Numbered from the whole stretch's first letter, positions 28,401 to 38,623 are shown. The stretch is DNA of 63,419 bases, filler included, from an uncultured Methanosarcinales archaeon (GCA_964405295.1; 3 parts of 3 records of this genome joined end to end with filler, not necessarily neighbours in it); one strand, 5' to 3'. Made by a program: numbers and translations. The notes: generated by a model from the sequence alone, not told the origin.

Positions 28401-30582
28401 CCAAAACATTATTTTGATCTATACCATTAAAACAACTTAAACCATAATTGTCACAACACTCTGTAAATAAAGAATTTCCAGATCTTTCATAACAAATTAC
28501 ACTATGATTTTTTGGTGCAGCAAAAGTTCCTAAACCACCATAACTTTCAACGCATTGAGCAGAAGTTAAACAATCAGAATCCATACAATCAGTGTTAAAA
28601 GCCCCAACTCTACAAATATCATCAAAACTATTTGGAAATCCACTAGTACATTCTACTGTAGAACCTGGTTGATAATAAGGCAAATTCAAACCTCCATCCT
28701 CATCTCTATCATTACAACAATCACCGTCATTATCAATACTATCATTACATTGATATTCAAAATCTTCTGGAATTTGACCATCACACCAACCTGCATTAAT
28801 ACAATCGGCATCTAAACAATCAACACCAATATCTCCTTCTTTACAAATATCCCCATCACCATTAGTATCTTGACCAATAGCACAAATACCATTAGTATAA
28901 CCACTAATACAACAATCACCATCATCATCATCACCATTTTCACATAAATCTTCAGTATTCTCAAAGAACCCTGAAATACCAGAACCAAAACAATTACCTG
29001 CATTAGCATTACTACATTCTGATTTTAATATTTCCAAATTTCCAGACGTTGCACCTGGTGGATTAAAGGGAGTGTTAGGTTCAATATCTGGAAAACCAAA
29101 ACATTCACCCGGGCAAGATTCATTATTATATTGATCAGAAAAAGGTGCATTAGGATTAAAATAATCTATATAAGGACCAAACATTTCCTCTCCATCTGTA
29201 CAAGCTTGAGGATGGCTTATACTCATCATATCGGTTCCACATTGATCAATAGTAGTACTATCAATATCAGAATCAAAATCAAAATCACTATTACAAAGAT
29301 AAGGCGACGCAACACATTTTGGATAAAACTTATGTGAATGAGATTGATAATCAAAATCTTCATCAACACATCCAAAAGGAGTATCAGCATTAGGATTATT
29401 ATCACCAGTATCATTTATACAATTACAATAATACCATCCTTGAGGACAATTACCAATTCTATCCCCTTCTCTTGGAAGAACATCAAAATTATCAACAGTA
29501 TAATTGTCTTCAAAATTTAAAACATCTTTTGCATTTCCTGTTGCATTACAAACATACCAGTTATCGGAGTTAGAAACTATGTTAATATTTTCATCTTGCA
29601 ATTGTGCATTATGAATAACATATTCTTCATTGTATGCATCCAACCAATTCCAATTTGTAATTGTATCTTCATTAGTTAAATCAACAACCATATCATCTGC
29701 ATTAGTTACACTGCAAAAATATTGTGATAAAGGATCTGCGTAGTAAAGATCATTAAAACTTATTGAAGTTGGTTCAGAAGGAGGTTGAGTTGTATTTACC
29801 CACTCATAACCATTTAGGGTGCATTCAACATTTGTTAAAATATCTTCAGCAAGGATATGTGTTCCTTCACATACACAAACAGTATCTTCACTAGCACCAC
29901 CACCACAATTTCCGTAAGTATAATCATCGCAATCGGCAGGATCATCTACCCAGGCAACAAACCCTCCTTGACAATTTGGTTCATATCCATCATCATTACA
30001 AGCCCACATATTAGTACATGCACAACCATCTAAACCAGTAGAATAAGTATTACCATTAATTATAATTTCATGAGTATCATAACAAGTCACTGGAAAAAGA
30101 TCAAAATCATCATAATAAAGTTCGTTCTGTTCCCAAGTATTTACATCTACACAAGAAAATGTTCCTTCACAATAACCTGTTTCAGGTTCAGGAGTATAAA
30201 CAAATTCAGGCCAATCATCACCACAACAACCATTTGGTACCGCGACAGGTTGCCAATAATATCCACCTAAATTTAAAGGGTCCATTAAACCCTCACAAAC
30301 AAATTGGGAACTATCTGGTTCATTAGGTGTTAAAAAAGGAAACACAAAAAAACCTTTACCTTGACAACCATTAAAAGGATCTATTCCTGGATCAAAACAA
30401 ATTCCATTTTTAGTATTATAGAACACATTATAATTTGAATTTGAAACTAAATCACTTTTTTGAATATTTAAAACTCCTGAAATAATATAATTTTCATTTT
30501 GTATAGAAAATGCTTGGGCAAAGCCTATAGCTAGAACTATTAAAAAAATACAAGAAATAATAATTTTAATTAATTTATTCAT
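25417..30582 (-). CDS. Giant secreted Cys/Asp-rich surface protein (1721 aa)
   Basis: Signal peptide; CCGDD twice; C.(N/D)..D.DGDCC...DC.D.DC twice; C-terminal CGN..VD...GEQCDG Cys-rich repeat. Confidence 0.9.
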   Translation of the reverse strand: MNKLIKIIISCIFLIVLAIGFAQAFSIQNENYIISGVLNIQKSDLVSNSNYNVFYNTKNGICFDPGIDPFNGCQGKGFFVFPFLTPNEPDSSQFVCEGLMDPLNLGGYYWQPVAVPNGCCGDDWPEFVYTPEPETGYCEGTFSCVDVNTWEQNELYYDDFDLFPVTCYDTHEIIINGNTYSTGLDGCACTNMWACNDDGYEPNCQGGFVAWVDDPADCDDYTYGNCGGGASEDTVCVCEGTHILAEDILTNVECTLNGYEWVNTTQPPSEPTSISFNDLYYADPLSQYFCSVTNADDMVVDLTNEDTITNWNWLDAYNEEYVIHNAQLQDENINIVSNSDNWYVCNATGNAKDVLNFEDNYTVDNFDVLPREGDRIGNCPQGWYYCNCINDTGDNNPNADTPFGCVDEDFDYQSHSHKFYPKCVASPYLCNSDFDFDSDIDSTTIDQCGTDMMSISHPQACTDGEEMFGPYIDYFNPNAPFSDQYNNESCPGECFGFPDIEPNTPFNPPGATSGNLEILKSECSNANAGNCFGSGISGFFENTEDLCENGDDDDGDCCISGYTNGICAIGQDTNGDGDICKEGDIGVDCLDADCINAGWCDGQIPEDFEYQCNDSIDNDGDCCNDRDEDGGLNLPYYQPGSTVECTSGFPNSFDDICRVGAFNTDCMDSDCLTSAQCVESYGGLGTFAAPKNHSVICYERSGNSLFTECCDNYGLSCFNGIDQNNVLVDRNTEFVGRGVPLYVINTFDRIKEGNIYVDYVQKYNNDLYPITIFFYEDPNSGGSSNLDIISQDIFSYYKTLEFDVGFTSLEAITITFNYKNSISEDKNITITPDNFNNYSMNGDQDYRWHHVVIDLPIDAIRFEDISFTLDNNENILFDNIFFGVDPINEDLSKYQNYKCAGAFGFWIDEFDPIEVAAPEMSCQDVDQGDLECTACDWVNVSHPSCHMSDLVDTPSSTEWYDFDPFKYVCDSYLSFGWSGTKCCGDDTNQTNKEFYWDYKGACWDGYNVIDNQRMGDVLYFNDEENELNKFLFHKNFSVCNEPAFELDEDYANANEEYIGLDSAIEYTLAIGGDQYKINMYNNSVCDVKGNYYCSGTNNLWRDDVLGVPDWRPSDFLYLKDGPYNSEGCCPSDYCWNGEICIHATVYEDNSSMPAFNRNFEGPDHIPFNEIENTEGYRCVFDEAGYAVWEDATAKYDWNLNETGYCKKSNYCFVDENFQFLNTTRYNYNVVVHNDGCCDKDTDGVPFDGEFIVGENTDDCLFIAGDYYNVSDFACQGIYDCVPTGATVTDDLNISISGNYYCDNGNWTSKSSQIASKMCEWFECSENEFSLSCDNSLAFNLNFTNEDEIFSDLVHSACVYQLGDADDVAVGFALRNKFEDSGLLLETSLFNSVHSGVTVDCDPANTISNGLIACQYSGAFYGNYNFYYDNQSNFLLVSTDEPSDYLNNWFNGLTNFIYGVFHPSFSSDFFVLTGNSVYDKLFMAHNSGSPNLQVMAAQEYKYDEKDQGVINRIFVNYSNNFDLSNHLNSTISYGLFEKESLLQDPVMYNPDLVGDIIFNKCNDEGFLLIKKPNVWLVNEPDFNKQDMLWTYLTKTLRLNSEYSGGSIYTGDVCSECNSNGDCDAGLECDDSKCRIISGSGISCNFNEECLTGTCKDNNQCSFCGNDLVDVDEGEQCDGLLLAPPNMSASCEFYGYTGGILQCSSTCQHDTSECTNSGGGGSS

Positions 30583-30591
30583 TATAACCCT

Positions 30592-31209
30592 TTAAATACA
30601 ATAACAATAAGCAGTAAAATCGTCTACATTCGAATCTGTATCTCGATAAAATAAACACCCCGTAGGATAAGGTTCTTCATCATTTAACCTACAAACTAAA
30701 ACATCTTCTGCAGAACTTCCAGTGTCCTCATCCTTAAAACCACAACTAATAGCCATACGGTCTGTGTCACAGTTAAGAGTATGTTCTCCACTACCTAAAT
30801 TATTCATATCCAAAACTTTAACATCCATAGATAATCTGGTTGGACCATCAACTTGTAATCCTCCTGATAGATACAAATTATTTGCATCTGTAGCACAAGC
30901 ATTAAAAGTAACATCTCCTATTTCCTCTGTGCCTAATTTTACATTAACAGTTATTGCATCCCCACAAGTTGCCTCTAAAACAGATGTTGAACCTAAAAAA
31001 AGATTAAAATATCCGTTATTGATTGATTCAGATTCACCTATTAAAAAACCATCTTTATAGACTTTAATGGCATTACCATCTTCATAAAGTGTACCATCCA
31101 TATCTTTAATAACGCCTTGCATTTCTACTATTAATGGCTCTGCAACTACTAAATTTGATAAAATTAGAAATAAGCTAATTATTAATAAACTAAATATTAT
31201 TTTTTTCAT
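30592..31209 (-). CDS. Secreted hypothetical protein
   Basis: MKKIIFSLLIISLF signal peptide; Cys-rich C-terminus (AYCYCI); AGGTGG SD. Confidence 0.8.
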   Translation of the reverse strand: MKKIIFSLLIISLFLILSNLVVAEPLIVEMQGVIKDMDGTLYEDGNAIKVYKDGFLIGESESINNGYFNLFLGSTSVLEATCGDAITVNVKLGTEEIGDVTFNACATDANNLYLSGGLQVDGPTRLSMDVKVLDMNNLGSGEHTLNCDTDRMAISCGFKDEDTGSSAEDVLVCRLNDEEPYPTGCLFYRDTDSNVDDFTAYCYCI

Positions 31210-31227
31210 ATTGGACCACCTTTTTAT

Positions 31228-31629
31228 TTATTGAATATTTACTGATTGAAATCTAAACTTATCAACAACTAATTTATTATTAAAATCATAAATTACTATC
31301 CATGAAGGAAACTTAATATAATAAAACCCTTCTTCTGCTTTTTGATATATTACAGGATACTTATTTTTAAGTGTTTCCAAATCTAAAGCATTTAATTCAG
31401 TTATTTCTATAGGAATTTCATTATTTGTAAAATTTAAATCATTTAACTGATATTCCAAACTTGAGTTTTCGATTTTAGATTCAGTTAAATTACTATCTGG
31501 AAAGGTATTATCTTTCTTTATTTTATTTACCAAAAAAGTATTTTGTATTATTAGAAATATAATTATTATTATGAATATTGTCAAAAAGATATACACTTGT
31601 TTATTTTTACTAAATTTTGCTTTTTTCAT
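31228..31629 (-). CDS. Single-TM membrane-anchored hypothetical protein
   Basis: ATG 31629 after a GAGGTG SD; basic N-terminus followed by a TM helix. Confidence 0.75.
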   Translation of the reverse strand: MKKAKFSKNKQVYIFLTIFIIIIIFLIIQNTFLVNKIKKDNTFPDSNLTESKIENSSLEYQLNDLNFTNNEIPIEITELNALDLETLKNKYPVIYQKAEEGFYYIKFPSWIVIYDFNNKLVVDKFRFQSVNIQ

Positions 31630-31729
31630 TAAAAGAATACACCTCTTCTTTAATAAGCACCCTAATAAATTTATAATACAAAAATTAATTATTGCATTTA
31701 TAAACATTATTATTTACATAGAGCATATT

Positions 31730-31829
31730 NNNNNNNNNNNNNNNNNNNNNNNNNNNNNNNNNNNNNNNNNNNNTTAATTAATTAANNNNNNNNNNNNNNN
31801 NNNNNNNNNNNNNNNNNNNNNNNNNNNNN
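31730..31829. other. Artificial contig-joining linker
   Basis: 44 N + TTAATTAATTAA (stops in all six frames) + 44 N. Confidence 0.97.
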
Positions 31830-32493
31830 ATCCTGAATAAGTTGCTCTTGAAACGTCTACTCCGTCAGCTTTTAGCCAACCTGTTGGGGCTGTTGACATA
31901 GCAAAATATTGCACTGCTCCCGATGGTATCCGAGAAGCTATAAAAAGCGCATCAATTGCCGCTTGGACGTCCGCTCCTAAGCTTGTTAATGAGTCATCAT
32001 ATAAAATATTATCAGAATCCCTTAATTCATCAATCGCCCCTTGAACTGTAGTTGAAGCTAATCCAGATGTTACATTGTCATAAATAATACTAGAGGCATT
32101 CTCTAAATCAGATATAAGAGCTACCACTTCCCAATTTACCGCATCTGTTGAAGGGTTGTTACCAGTGTTAGTATCAGATTGAGATATGTAAAGGCTTCCC
32201 GAATACGTTGTTGATGAACCTGTGTGATATTCTTGTGAAGTGTTCCATTCTGCTACTCCCATTTGATGAGTATAGGCTAGAGTATGAGATATGGTATAAG
32301 CTACTGCGTTAAACCACTCGCGAGGCGGTATATCTGCATTTGTTACTTTTTCCCATCCTAGAAAATAATCAGTTATCATATTAGCGTCTAATGTATTCGA
32401 TTGAGTTGTGTCACCGAAAACGGTTCTGAAGGCACTTGTCGAACTACTTGCAAAAGCTAAATAGTTACCGTCATATCTTGCAATTTTAGTCAT
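31830..32493 (-). CDS. Tail fibre protein with tail-collar domain (3' truncated)
   Basis: PSGAVQYFAMSTAPTGWLKADG..VSRATY collar motif; WNTSQEY..G...YSGSLY...W CBM5/12-like segment; TVQGAIDEL/DVQAAIDAL repeats. Confidence 0.85.
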
Positions 32494-32501
32494 ATTTTAC
32501 C

Positions 32502-33218
32502 TTATATAATTTTTTCGGCGAACTCTCCGCCTGGTTCTGTTATTAAATCAAATTTATTAGCAAATCCTTTAGACTCTGGATTGTCATCAAATCCGAATGT
32601 TTCGCTTAAATCAGCCCTAACAATAATATACCTTACGCCCTGAGGCTTAGGCAATAAATCCATTATTTCTAGTACTCTAACAGTTTCTTCTTCTATCGCA
32701 TCAGAGATATAAAGAGTTAAGCTCATGTCTTTATTATCATCTACATAAGCTTCTCCATTAAACGCTTGAAAGACCGCATTAACTATGGAAACACTTTGAG
32801 AAGTAGCCATTACGCCTAAGGTTACGTTTTTAGCAATCTTCATTTTTATAAATATTCTATAATCAGGGTCAGACAATTGCAAATCACTGTAAGGAGATGA
32901 AAAAATACTATAAAATGTAGATCTATCTGGTAATATTTCAGTTAAGCTTCCAAATCCTCTGGCTAAACTATTATCATCAAAGCCAAAAAAGTTTTTCTCT
33001 AAAACGTAAGGAATACGCCTATTGATTCCAACAACTCTCCCGATAATGTCAAGCTGATCTCCTACCGCAGTTCCTACCCCAAAAGCGTCAAGAAAAGAGG
33101 CTAAAAGATCAAAACCCTTCTCCCAAGATTTCGCCTGAACTCCTATCTCGCCTTTGGCTTTGGTCTTTTCCCAATACTGCTTTATAAGTAAGTTTTGATA
33201 GTCTTCTATAAAGCTCAT
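32502..33218 (-). CDS. Baseplate wedge protein (DUF2612-like)
   Basis: LLIKQY..K.KA, TAVGDQLDIIGRVVG, LSDPDYR, LLPKPQGV. Confidence 0.85.
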   Translation of the reverse strand: MSFIEDYQNLLIKQYWEKTKAKGEIGVQAKSWEKGFDLLASFLDAFGVGTAVGDQLDIIGRVVGINRRIPYVLEKNFFGFDDNSLARGFGSLTEILPDRSTFYSIFSSPYSDLQLSDPDYRIFIKMKIAKNVTLGVMATSQSVSIVNAVFQAFNGEAYVDDNKDMSLTLYISDAIEEETVRVLEIMDLLPKPQGVRYIIVRADLSETFGFDDNPESKGFANKFDLITEPGGEFAEKII

Positions 33219-34396
33219 TAAATAACCTCTGTTACTGAAATATTAGCCGTATCAATAGTTATTATTCCGTCCGCATCAGCTTCTTCTTCTCCGTCTGTAT
33301 ATGTAATGTCATCAAGACTTATTTCTAAGGATGTAACAACAAAGGTATCACTTACCGCTAAAACAGTTGAGTAAAGACTAGAAGCCTGAACACTTTCTGC
33401 TATGTCGTATGTTAAAGCGGCTAAAGCACTTTTTATAGATGTTATATCGGTTTCTATTGTGGCATCTTTTCTCGTAACCGTAAGCTCAATATAAAGCGAT
33501 TGATCAGAGGGTCTGTCAAAATTAGCTGTATGAGTATAAATAAAACTAGTACCATCGGGCTTTATTAGTGTTTCTAAATATGTGCCTTCTTCGCTTCCCT
33601 TAAGCCCTGTACCGCCTGTCTTAGTTTCTGCTATAATCTGGGCTATGGCATTATCTTCCGCCCCTTCTACTATTACCCAAATTGTATGTGGGTCGATAGT
33701 ATATTCTGTATCTATTGTATCCTGATCATTTTCATATATTTTCACTCGTGTAACATCTTGCAAATTAGCTAAAGCAGTATACATACCGCCTACCGTTGAA
33801 GTTTGAGGAACAACAAGAGAAAAATTTCTTCTTATTCTTAAGGCTTCGTCTGTTTCCTCATCCTCTCCAACTGTTGCCGCACTTGCATTTGTAATAGATG
33901 TTATACCTAAAATTATTGTTACAGGTTCGGTTATTGTACTTGCTTCTGCTTCATAAGCTCCAAAAAGCTCTGAAACCATAGAAACACTATTGCTTCCTGT
34001 CGTTAAACTATTTTCTGTTGTAGTAGTCCAATTTTGCCCAATGGTATCAGCTACTACATAACCGCTTTCTAAAGTTATATTTCTATCCGTTACAATCGTC
34101 ACGCTTACAGTAGATCTTTTAGAGGGGTTTCTTGTTATCCCTGTAAACTTTACAAGCCTATTAAGAGCTTCTCCAACTGCAAAATCTGGGTCTAGCTGAT
34201 TGTATAGGGCTAGTGCATAAGATTGCAAATCAAGCCTTGCCTGTGCTTCTATACCAATCCTTTGACCATCAGGGCTATCAGAATCAAGATTTATATCTTC
34301 GCCATAAATTCCTTTATAACCTGCCTCTAGCTCGTCATAAATATCTTGAAAGCTTTGTATCGCTATTCCATCTGTTCCGATACTTGGGTATGTCAT
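33218..34396 (-). CDS. Baseplate J/gp47 family protein
   Basis: DSPDGQ, DPDFAVG..L, GEDEETDEALRIR, YEND, PHTIWVIVEG. Confidence 0.9.
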   Translation of the reverse strand: MTYPSIGTDGIAIQSFQDIYDELEAGYKGIYGEDINLDSDSPDGQRIGIEAQARLDLQSYALALYNQLDPDFAVGEALNRLVKFTGITRNPSKRSTVSVTIVTDRNITLESGYVVADTIGQNWTTTTENSLTTGSNSVSMVSELFGAYEAEASTITEPVTIILGITSITNASAATVGEDEETDEALRIRRNFSLVVPQTSTVGGMYTALANLQDVTRVKIYENDQDTIDTEYTIDPHTIWVIVEGAEDNAIAQIIAETKTGGTGLKGSEEGTYLETLIKPDGTSFIYTHTANFDRPSDQSLYIELTVTRKDATIETDITSIKSALAALTYDIAESVQASSLYSTVLAVSDTFVVTSLEISLDDITYTDGEEEADADGIITIDTANISVTEVI

Positions 34397-34746
34397 AAAA
34401 TTATCTCCAAAATTTCGTCTATTATTGAGCTATAAACATCTATATATTTAACCGATACTGATAAATTACGATTCGTTAAAGTAGTACTAAAATTTATAAT
34501 AGCAACAACGCCATCAGTCTGTAAAATAGTTTTTTCAATTTCTCTATTAATAGAATCCTCATTGTCTTTTGATCCTAATAGATTTATCCAATCAATACCA
34601 TCTTCTATATTTAAAAACCAATCATCCGTGAAAGATTTTAATCTTGTTTTAATGCTTTGTAGGACGGCTTCACTCTGAGTTTTATAAGAAGCCTTGCCTT
34701 TTCCAAAAATCCAATCTCCGTCACTATCTAATCCACTAACCCTCAT
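34393..34746 (-). CDS. Baseplate sheath-initiator (gp25/gpW-like) protein
   Basis: MRVSGLDSDGDWIFG, IKTRL..F..DWFL...GIDW; start placed after a GGGGG RBS. Confidence 0.8.
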   Translation of the reverse strand: MRVSGLDSDGDWIFGKGKASYKTQSEAVLQSIKTRLKSFTDDWFLNIEDGIDWINLLGSKDNEDSINREIEKTILQTDGVVAIINFSTTLTNRNLSVSVKYIDVYSSIIDEILEIIL

Positions 34747-34757
34747 TTTACACCCCC

Positions 34758-35483
34758 CTAATTTGGTGCGTTTGTTGTTCCACTTCCCGCCCCATCTGTC
34801 CAAGTGTAATCATGCGTATGATTTGATAAATTTACTCCGCTAGCTGTCATTTCTCCAGTTGTTTCTATATCGCTTGTGCTTGTCATAGTTCCGCCACCTA
34901 TACCAGTAAAATTACCTGCTGATATTGTTCCAGTCACTACAAGATTACCTGTAATTAAAACATTTCCTGTAACTTCCATATCTCCGACTTGAGTATAATC
35001 CCCAGTCAAAGTAATATCGCCAGTCTGTGTTCTATTACCTGTATGGTTATAATCTCCCGCTTGTGTTCTATTTCCATTCTCTGTTGTTTCGCTCGGAATT
35101 GATATTGCGCTGTCTAATGGATTTAAACCTATTATCGCTATGGCATCGCTATAATCGTGCATCCTTAATTCTAAAGGACTTTTGTAGTCTTGCCCAAAAT
35201 ACCAACGATCGAAACATCTTTCAGAAATAAGTAAAAGACAATAATCCCCAATAGCTATTGGATGAATTGTGTAGCTCCCGCCACCTTGGAGCGTGAGGAC
35301 AGGAACTTCCACAAATTCAGGTAATTCTATACTTTCATCTTCTACAACTCTATTAATTACTGGTTTCGCATCTATTGTAGAATTATTAACAGCGGTAACT
35401 TTTGCTATAACTGATGTATGCAGATTCGCTAACGTTTCTTTTATTGCTATATTTAAAATATTTGTTAGGTTTTCTTTTTCCAT
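34758..35483 (-). CDS. Baseplate spike (Gp138/gpV-like)
   Basis: PIAIGDYCLL..SERCFD.W, RMHDYSDA, G-x-x-x-x-T beta-helix repeats, C-terminal HTH (HxH metal-binding motif). Confidence 0.9.
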   Translation of the reverse strand: MEKENLTNILNIAIKETLANLHTSVIAKVTAVNNSTIDAKPVINRVVEDESIELPEFVEVPVLTLQGGGSYTIHPIAIGDYCLLLISERCFDRWYFGQDYKSPLELRMHDYSDAIAIIGLNPLDSAISIPSETTENGNRTQAGDYNHTGNRTQTGDITLTGDYTQVGDMEVTGNVLITGNLVVTGTISAGNFTGIGGGTMTSTSDIETTGEMTASGVNLSNHTHDYTWTDGAGSGTTNAPN

Positions 35484-36301
35484 TATATTACTTCATAATC
35501 AAGGTTTAAATACCCAGCGCAAGTCTGAAACCAGTTTTGCCCATAATTGTCCCCATTATATGTAATATTATATATTTTATAAATACCATTCAGGTGCGGG
35601 GCGGTGGTACTTTCTAACTTTATCAATCTGCCGATTTTAACGGTAGGGTCTATTAATATTTTAAATGTGACTTTTTGCTCCTGTCTATTAGGAGTTTCTA
35701 TTAATCCAGTCTTTGCGCTTACCTTCGGGATATAATTACTAGTAACCTGTCTTATATTTATCAAGTTTAATTGCTCATCTTCTATATACCAAGATTCAGT
35801 TTCCTGCTTTAAACTATTTAATAGATCAATCGGATTTCCTAATAATACTTTTGGTCTTAATAGGGCTGGGCGTGTGTTTATTCTTCCTCTCGAAACATTG
35901 TCTATAACCTCTAATATGGTATCTATTACAATATCATTTTTAGTTATTGTTTCAGATACAAAGGACTCTAATATTGAACCGCCGTCTAAGCACTCAAGTG
36001 TAGTTACCATATCGGTTGCACTACGTTCATTTAAACCTCTATAAACATTTCCTTTAAAAGCTAACTCTATTTTATCTTTATATCCAATGAAAAGGCTGAT
36101 AGGTATATATGCTTCATCCTCTGCGTCCTTAACTAAAGCTAGCCTAAGGCTTTCATTAAGATTATAAATCTTAATGGTACAACCGCTTAAAAGCCCATCT
36201 ACTGACTTTGAAATTGTAAAATTTATTCTAATGGGCGATGCTATAATAACGTCTTTATAGCTAGTCCGTACAATTAATTTAAAATCACGGTTAAACCTCA
36301 T
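35483..36301 (-). CDS. Baseplate hub protein
   Basis: IKIYNL, GY, TTLECLDG, TGLIETP, Y.GDNYG..W; position in the baseplate module. Confidence 0.8.
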   Translation of the reverse strand: MRFNRDFKLIVRTSYKDVIIASPIRINFTISKSVDGLLSGCTIKIYNLNESLRLALVKDAEDEAYIPISLFIGYKDKIELAFKGNVYRGLNERSATDMVTTLECLDGGSILESFVSETITKNDIVIDTILEVIDNVSRGRINTRPALLRPKVLLGNPIDLLNSLKQETESWYIEDEQLNLINIRQVTSNYIPKVSAKTGLIETPNRQEQKVTFKILIDPTVKIGRLIKLESTTAPHLNGIYKIYNITYNGDNYGQNWFQTCAGYLNLDYEVI

Positions 36302-36633
36302 GGCAATTCAACGCTCCTAATATCTTCTATATCATCCCTTTCTAAAATATATAAAATATTTCTACCACTAGAAAAATCATCTTGCTTATATGGGTCAATA
36401 CCATTGTTAGACTCATCGGAAACAAAAAAATCAAAAGCTTGGTTCTGCCCGAATATATGGGGTACTCCTACGGACAATTTAATTCCGCTGACCTCCCAAC
36501 CTATATATTCAAGATTTATAACCCAAATTGAGCAACGGTGCAAGTATCTTAATGTTAATATTATCTCATAATCTTCATAAATTATAGAATGCCTCTGAAA
36601 AGGCTCATTTGTTATATTCTGTACTTGTAACAT
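36298..36633 (-). CDS. Small baseplate (plug-like) protein
   Basis: Position between the Dit-like and hub genes; P.Q, LTLRY, W, GIKL..G motif pattern. Confidence 0.65.
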   Translation of the reverse strand: MLQVQNITNEPFQRHSIIYEDYEIILTLRYLHRCSIWVINLEYIGWEVSGIKLSVGVPHIFGQNQAFDFFVSDESNNGIDPYKQDDFSSGRNILYILERDDIEDIRSVELP

Positions 36634-37409
36634 TATTCCACCAACTTGCTTAATATTGATTGCTCTACGTTTGAGGAAATAGAGTCCCCCTCCTGTACAC
36701 CTTTGTCAATAATGTTTTTAGTAGCTCCGCCCAACGTTTCAGATGGGCTTAAAGATGATACCACCTGTATAACCTCTGATACCGCATAGCGAACCTCTTG
36801 TGCCTCTATGATAAAATCTATGCTATTATTTTCATTATCTTTAGTAGTTTCAAAAAGAGTAAAAACCATATTCTTATAGGTTCTATCGTGCATTTCTATT
36901 GTGATTGTCTGGTTACTATTATAGATACCGTTCATAGCGTCAATAAACTTTGTAGTGTTACTACCGTCAGCTAAATATCCAATATAATTGGCTACTCTTT
37001 GCGACTTTTCAATTAAGGCATCAGCTTCATCTAAAGCATTATTTAGTCCACCGTCTATTATTGATATTATACCGTCCTGATAATTAGTCATAGTAGGTAT
37101 ATATTGATTAATTTCTCGTACCTTTGTTTCTAATGATCTGAAATTTATTATAGTATTTCTTGCTTGTTCTGAAAGCTTTGAACTTTTAATAAATATATCT
37201 GAAACATTACCTTCTATGCTTAATGTTATAGGCTCTCTAATAATATGGTCTTCTAAGAAACTTCCGTCCTCTAGGTAAGTTATAGGTACATTATTCTTTT
37301 TAGTGGTTTTATTATTAACCCTTGCGAATGTGGTGAAGCCTCCAATGCCGATCTCTTGCTTAAGAGTATCTTTAAAAACCCCATTTATATAATTCTTGAC
37401 AAGACCCAT
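36633..37409 (-). CDS. Dit-like baseplate/tail-tube initiator protein
   Basis: YLEDGS..EDHII.EP..LSIEG.VSD, Y.NM, QEVR; directly downstream of the TMP gene. Confidence 0.75.
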   Translation of the reverse strand: MGLVKNYINGVFKDTLKQEIGIGGFTTFARVNNKTTKKNNVPITYLEDGSFLEDHIIREPITLSIEGNVSDIFIKSSKLSEQARNTIINFRSLETKVREINQYIPTMTNYQDGIISIIDGGLNNALDEADALIEKSQRVANYIGYLADGSNTTKFIDAMNGIYNSNQTITIEMHDRTYKNMVFTLFETTKDNENNSIDFIIEAQEVRYAVSEVIQVVSSLSPSETLGGATKNIIDKGVQEGDSISSNVEQSILSKLVE

Positions 37410-38623
37410 TATATACCACCCCTGCTAAATTCAGCCTTTGTCTTATCTAATTGTTTCTGATAAATGTTTTCAACGCTATTTCCAACAGCTTCTGGACTGT
37501 TACTGTTTATATTAATTGTCGTGTTTTGTTCTAAATTGTTATTTGTTTCTCTTCCCTTCGGATCTTGAGAAAACAAATTCTTTACCGATCCAAAATATTT
37601 ATCTTTTACTGCCCCGAAAGCCTTACTCCTTAGCTCTCCTATGGCTTTATAATATTGTACAATCTTCTTTAATACCTTCTCTAAATCAAAGAAAGGAGCT
37701 ACCCATTTTTTTATAATAGAATCCCCTCCCTTAAACGCAACTATCAAATCATCAAAGATGGTCAATAACGCACCTATGCCTATTGTTATAGCCACTATCG
37801 GAGTATTTATCGCTATAAAAGCACCAGCTATAACTCCAAGCAATAAAGCTAAACCCTTATTTTCTTTTATGAAGTCTATAAAGAAATTCCCTACACGGCT
37901 TATTCCTCCTCCTAGTATATCTAAACCTTCCCAAAGCTTAAAAACTGTCGGTAATACTTGAATAGAAATAGCTTGTTTAAATGCTAAAAATCTAAATCTT
38001 AGCTCTGCCATTCCATCATTATAATTAGCTATCTGGTTGGCATTCTTTTTCGATAATAAACCAAACTTTTCGGCTCTCCCCCTTAATCTGTCTATCTCAT
38101 CAGTTGACTTAGAAAGTAGCTGAACAAGGCTTGCATCTATTCCCAAAGAACTCGCAAGGCTTTGTTGCTGTGACATTGTTAAATTAAGGGCTTTAAATCT
38201 ATCAGCTATATCTAATAAGACATCGTCCGCTTTCCTTATCTCGCCAGTACTAGTCCTTACGGCTACACCTATTCTTTGAAACTCTGAACTGCCCTTTAAA
38301 CTAGCCTCTCCTATCTTTTTAGATAAGCTTGCAATAGACCCCTCCATTGCTTTAATAGAAGATCCTGAAACACTCGCCGCAAAACTTAAAGATTGAATAT
38401 CATTTATAGCTACACCTGTTGTCCTAGATAGCTGAACTAAAGCATCAGCCTCTGATAGGGTATTGTGAACCATCTTTCCAAAAGCAACCCCTACCGCAGT
38501 AATAGCCCCAACAAAAGCAACCATTTTAACAACGCTTAGGTTGAGCCCTTTGTTAAAATTGTTTAAGGGATTAATGCTTCCATCAAACTTAAATTTAGTT
38601 ACTAACTCCGATACTACTGCCAT
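37409..38623 (-). CDS. Tape measure protein (short, 404 aa)
   Basis: MAVVSELV N-terminus, LSRTTGV...Q.L.FAA...G, helical body with hydrophobic patch; follows the TAC gene. Confidence 0.85.
   Translation of the reverse strand: MAVVSELVTKFKFDGSINPLNNFNKGLNLSVVKMVAFVGAITAVGVAFGKMVHNTLSEADALVQLSRTTGVAINDIQSLSFAASVSGSSIKAMEGSIASLSKKIGEASLKGSSEFQRIGVAVRTSTGEIRKADDVLLDIADRFKALNLTMSQQQSLASSLGIDASLVQLLSKSTDEIDRLRGRAEKFGLLSKKNANQIANYNDGMAELRFRFLAFKQAISIQVLPTVFKLWEGLDILGGGISRVGNFFIDFIKENKGLALLLGVIAGAFIAINTPIVAITIGIGALLTIFDDLIVAFKGGDSIIKKWVAPFFDLEKVLKKIVQYYKAIGELRSKAFGAVKDKYFGSVKNLFSQDPKGRETNNNLEQNTTININSNSPEAVGNSVENIYQKQLDKTKAEFSRGGI

Noticed and set aside
31774..31785. TTAATTAATTAA as an att site flanking a provirus (repeated at 53068-53079)
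   Set aside because: It sits inside symmetric N runs and is a six-frame-stop synthetic spacer; no integrase is present.
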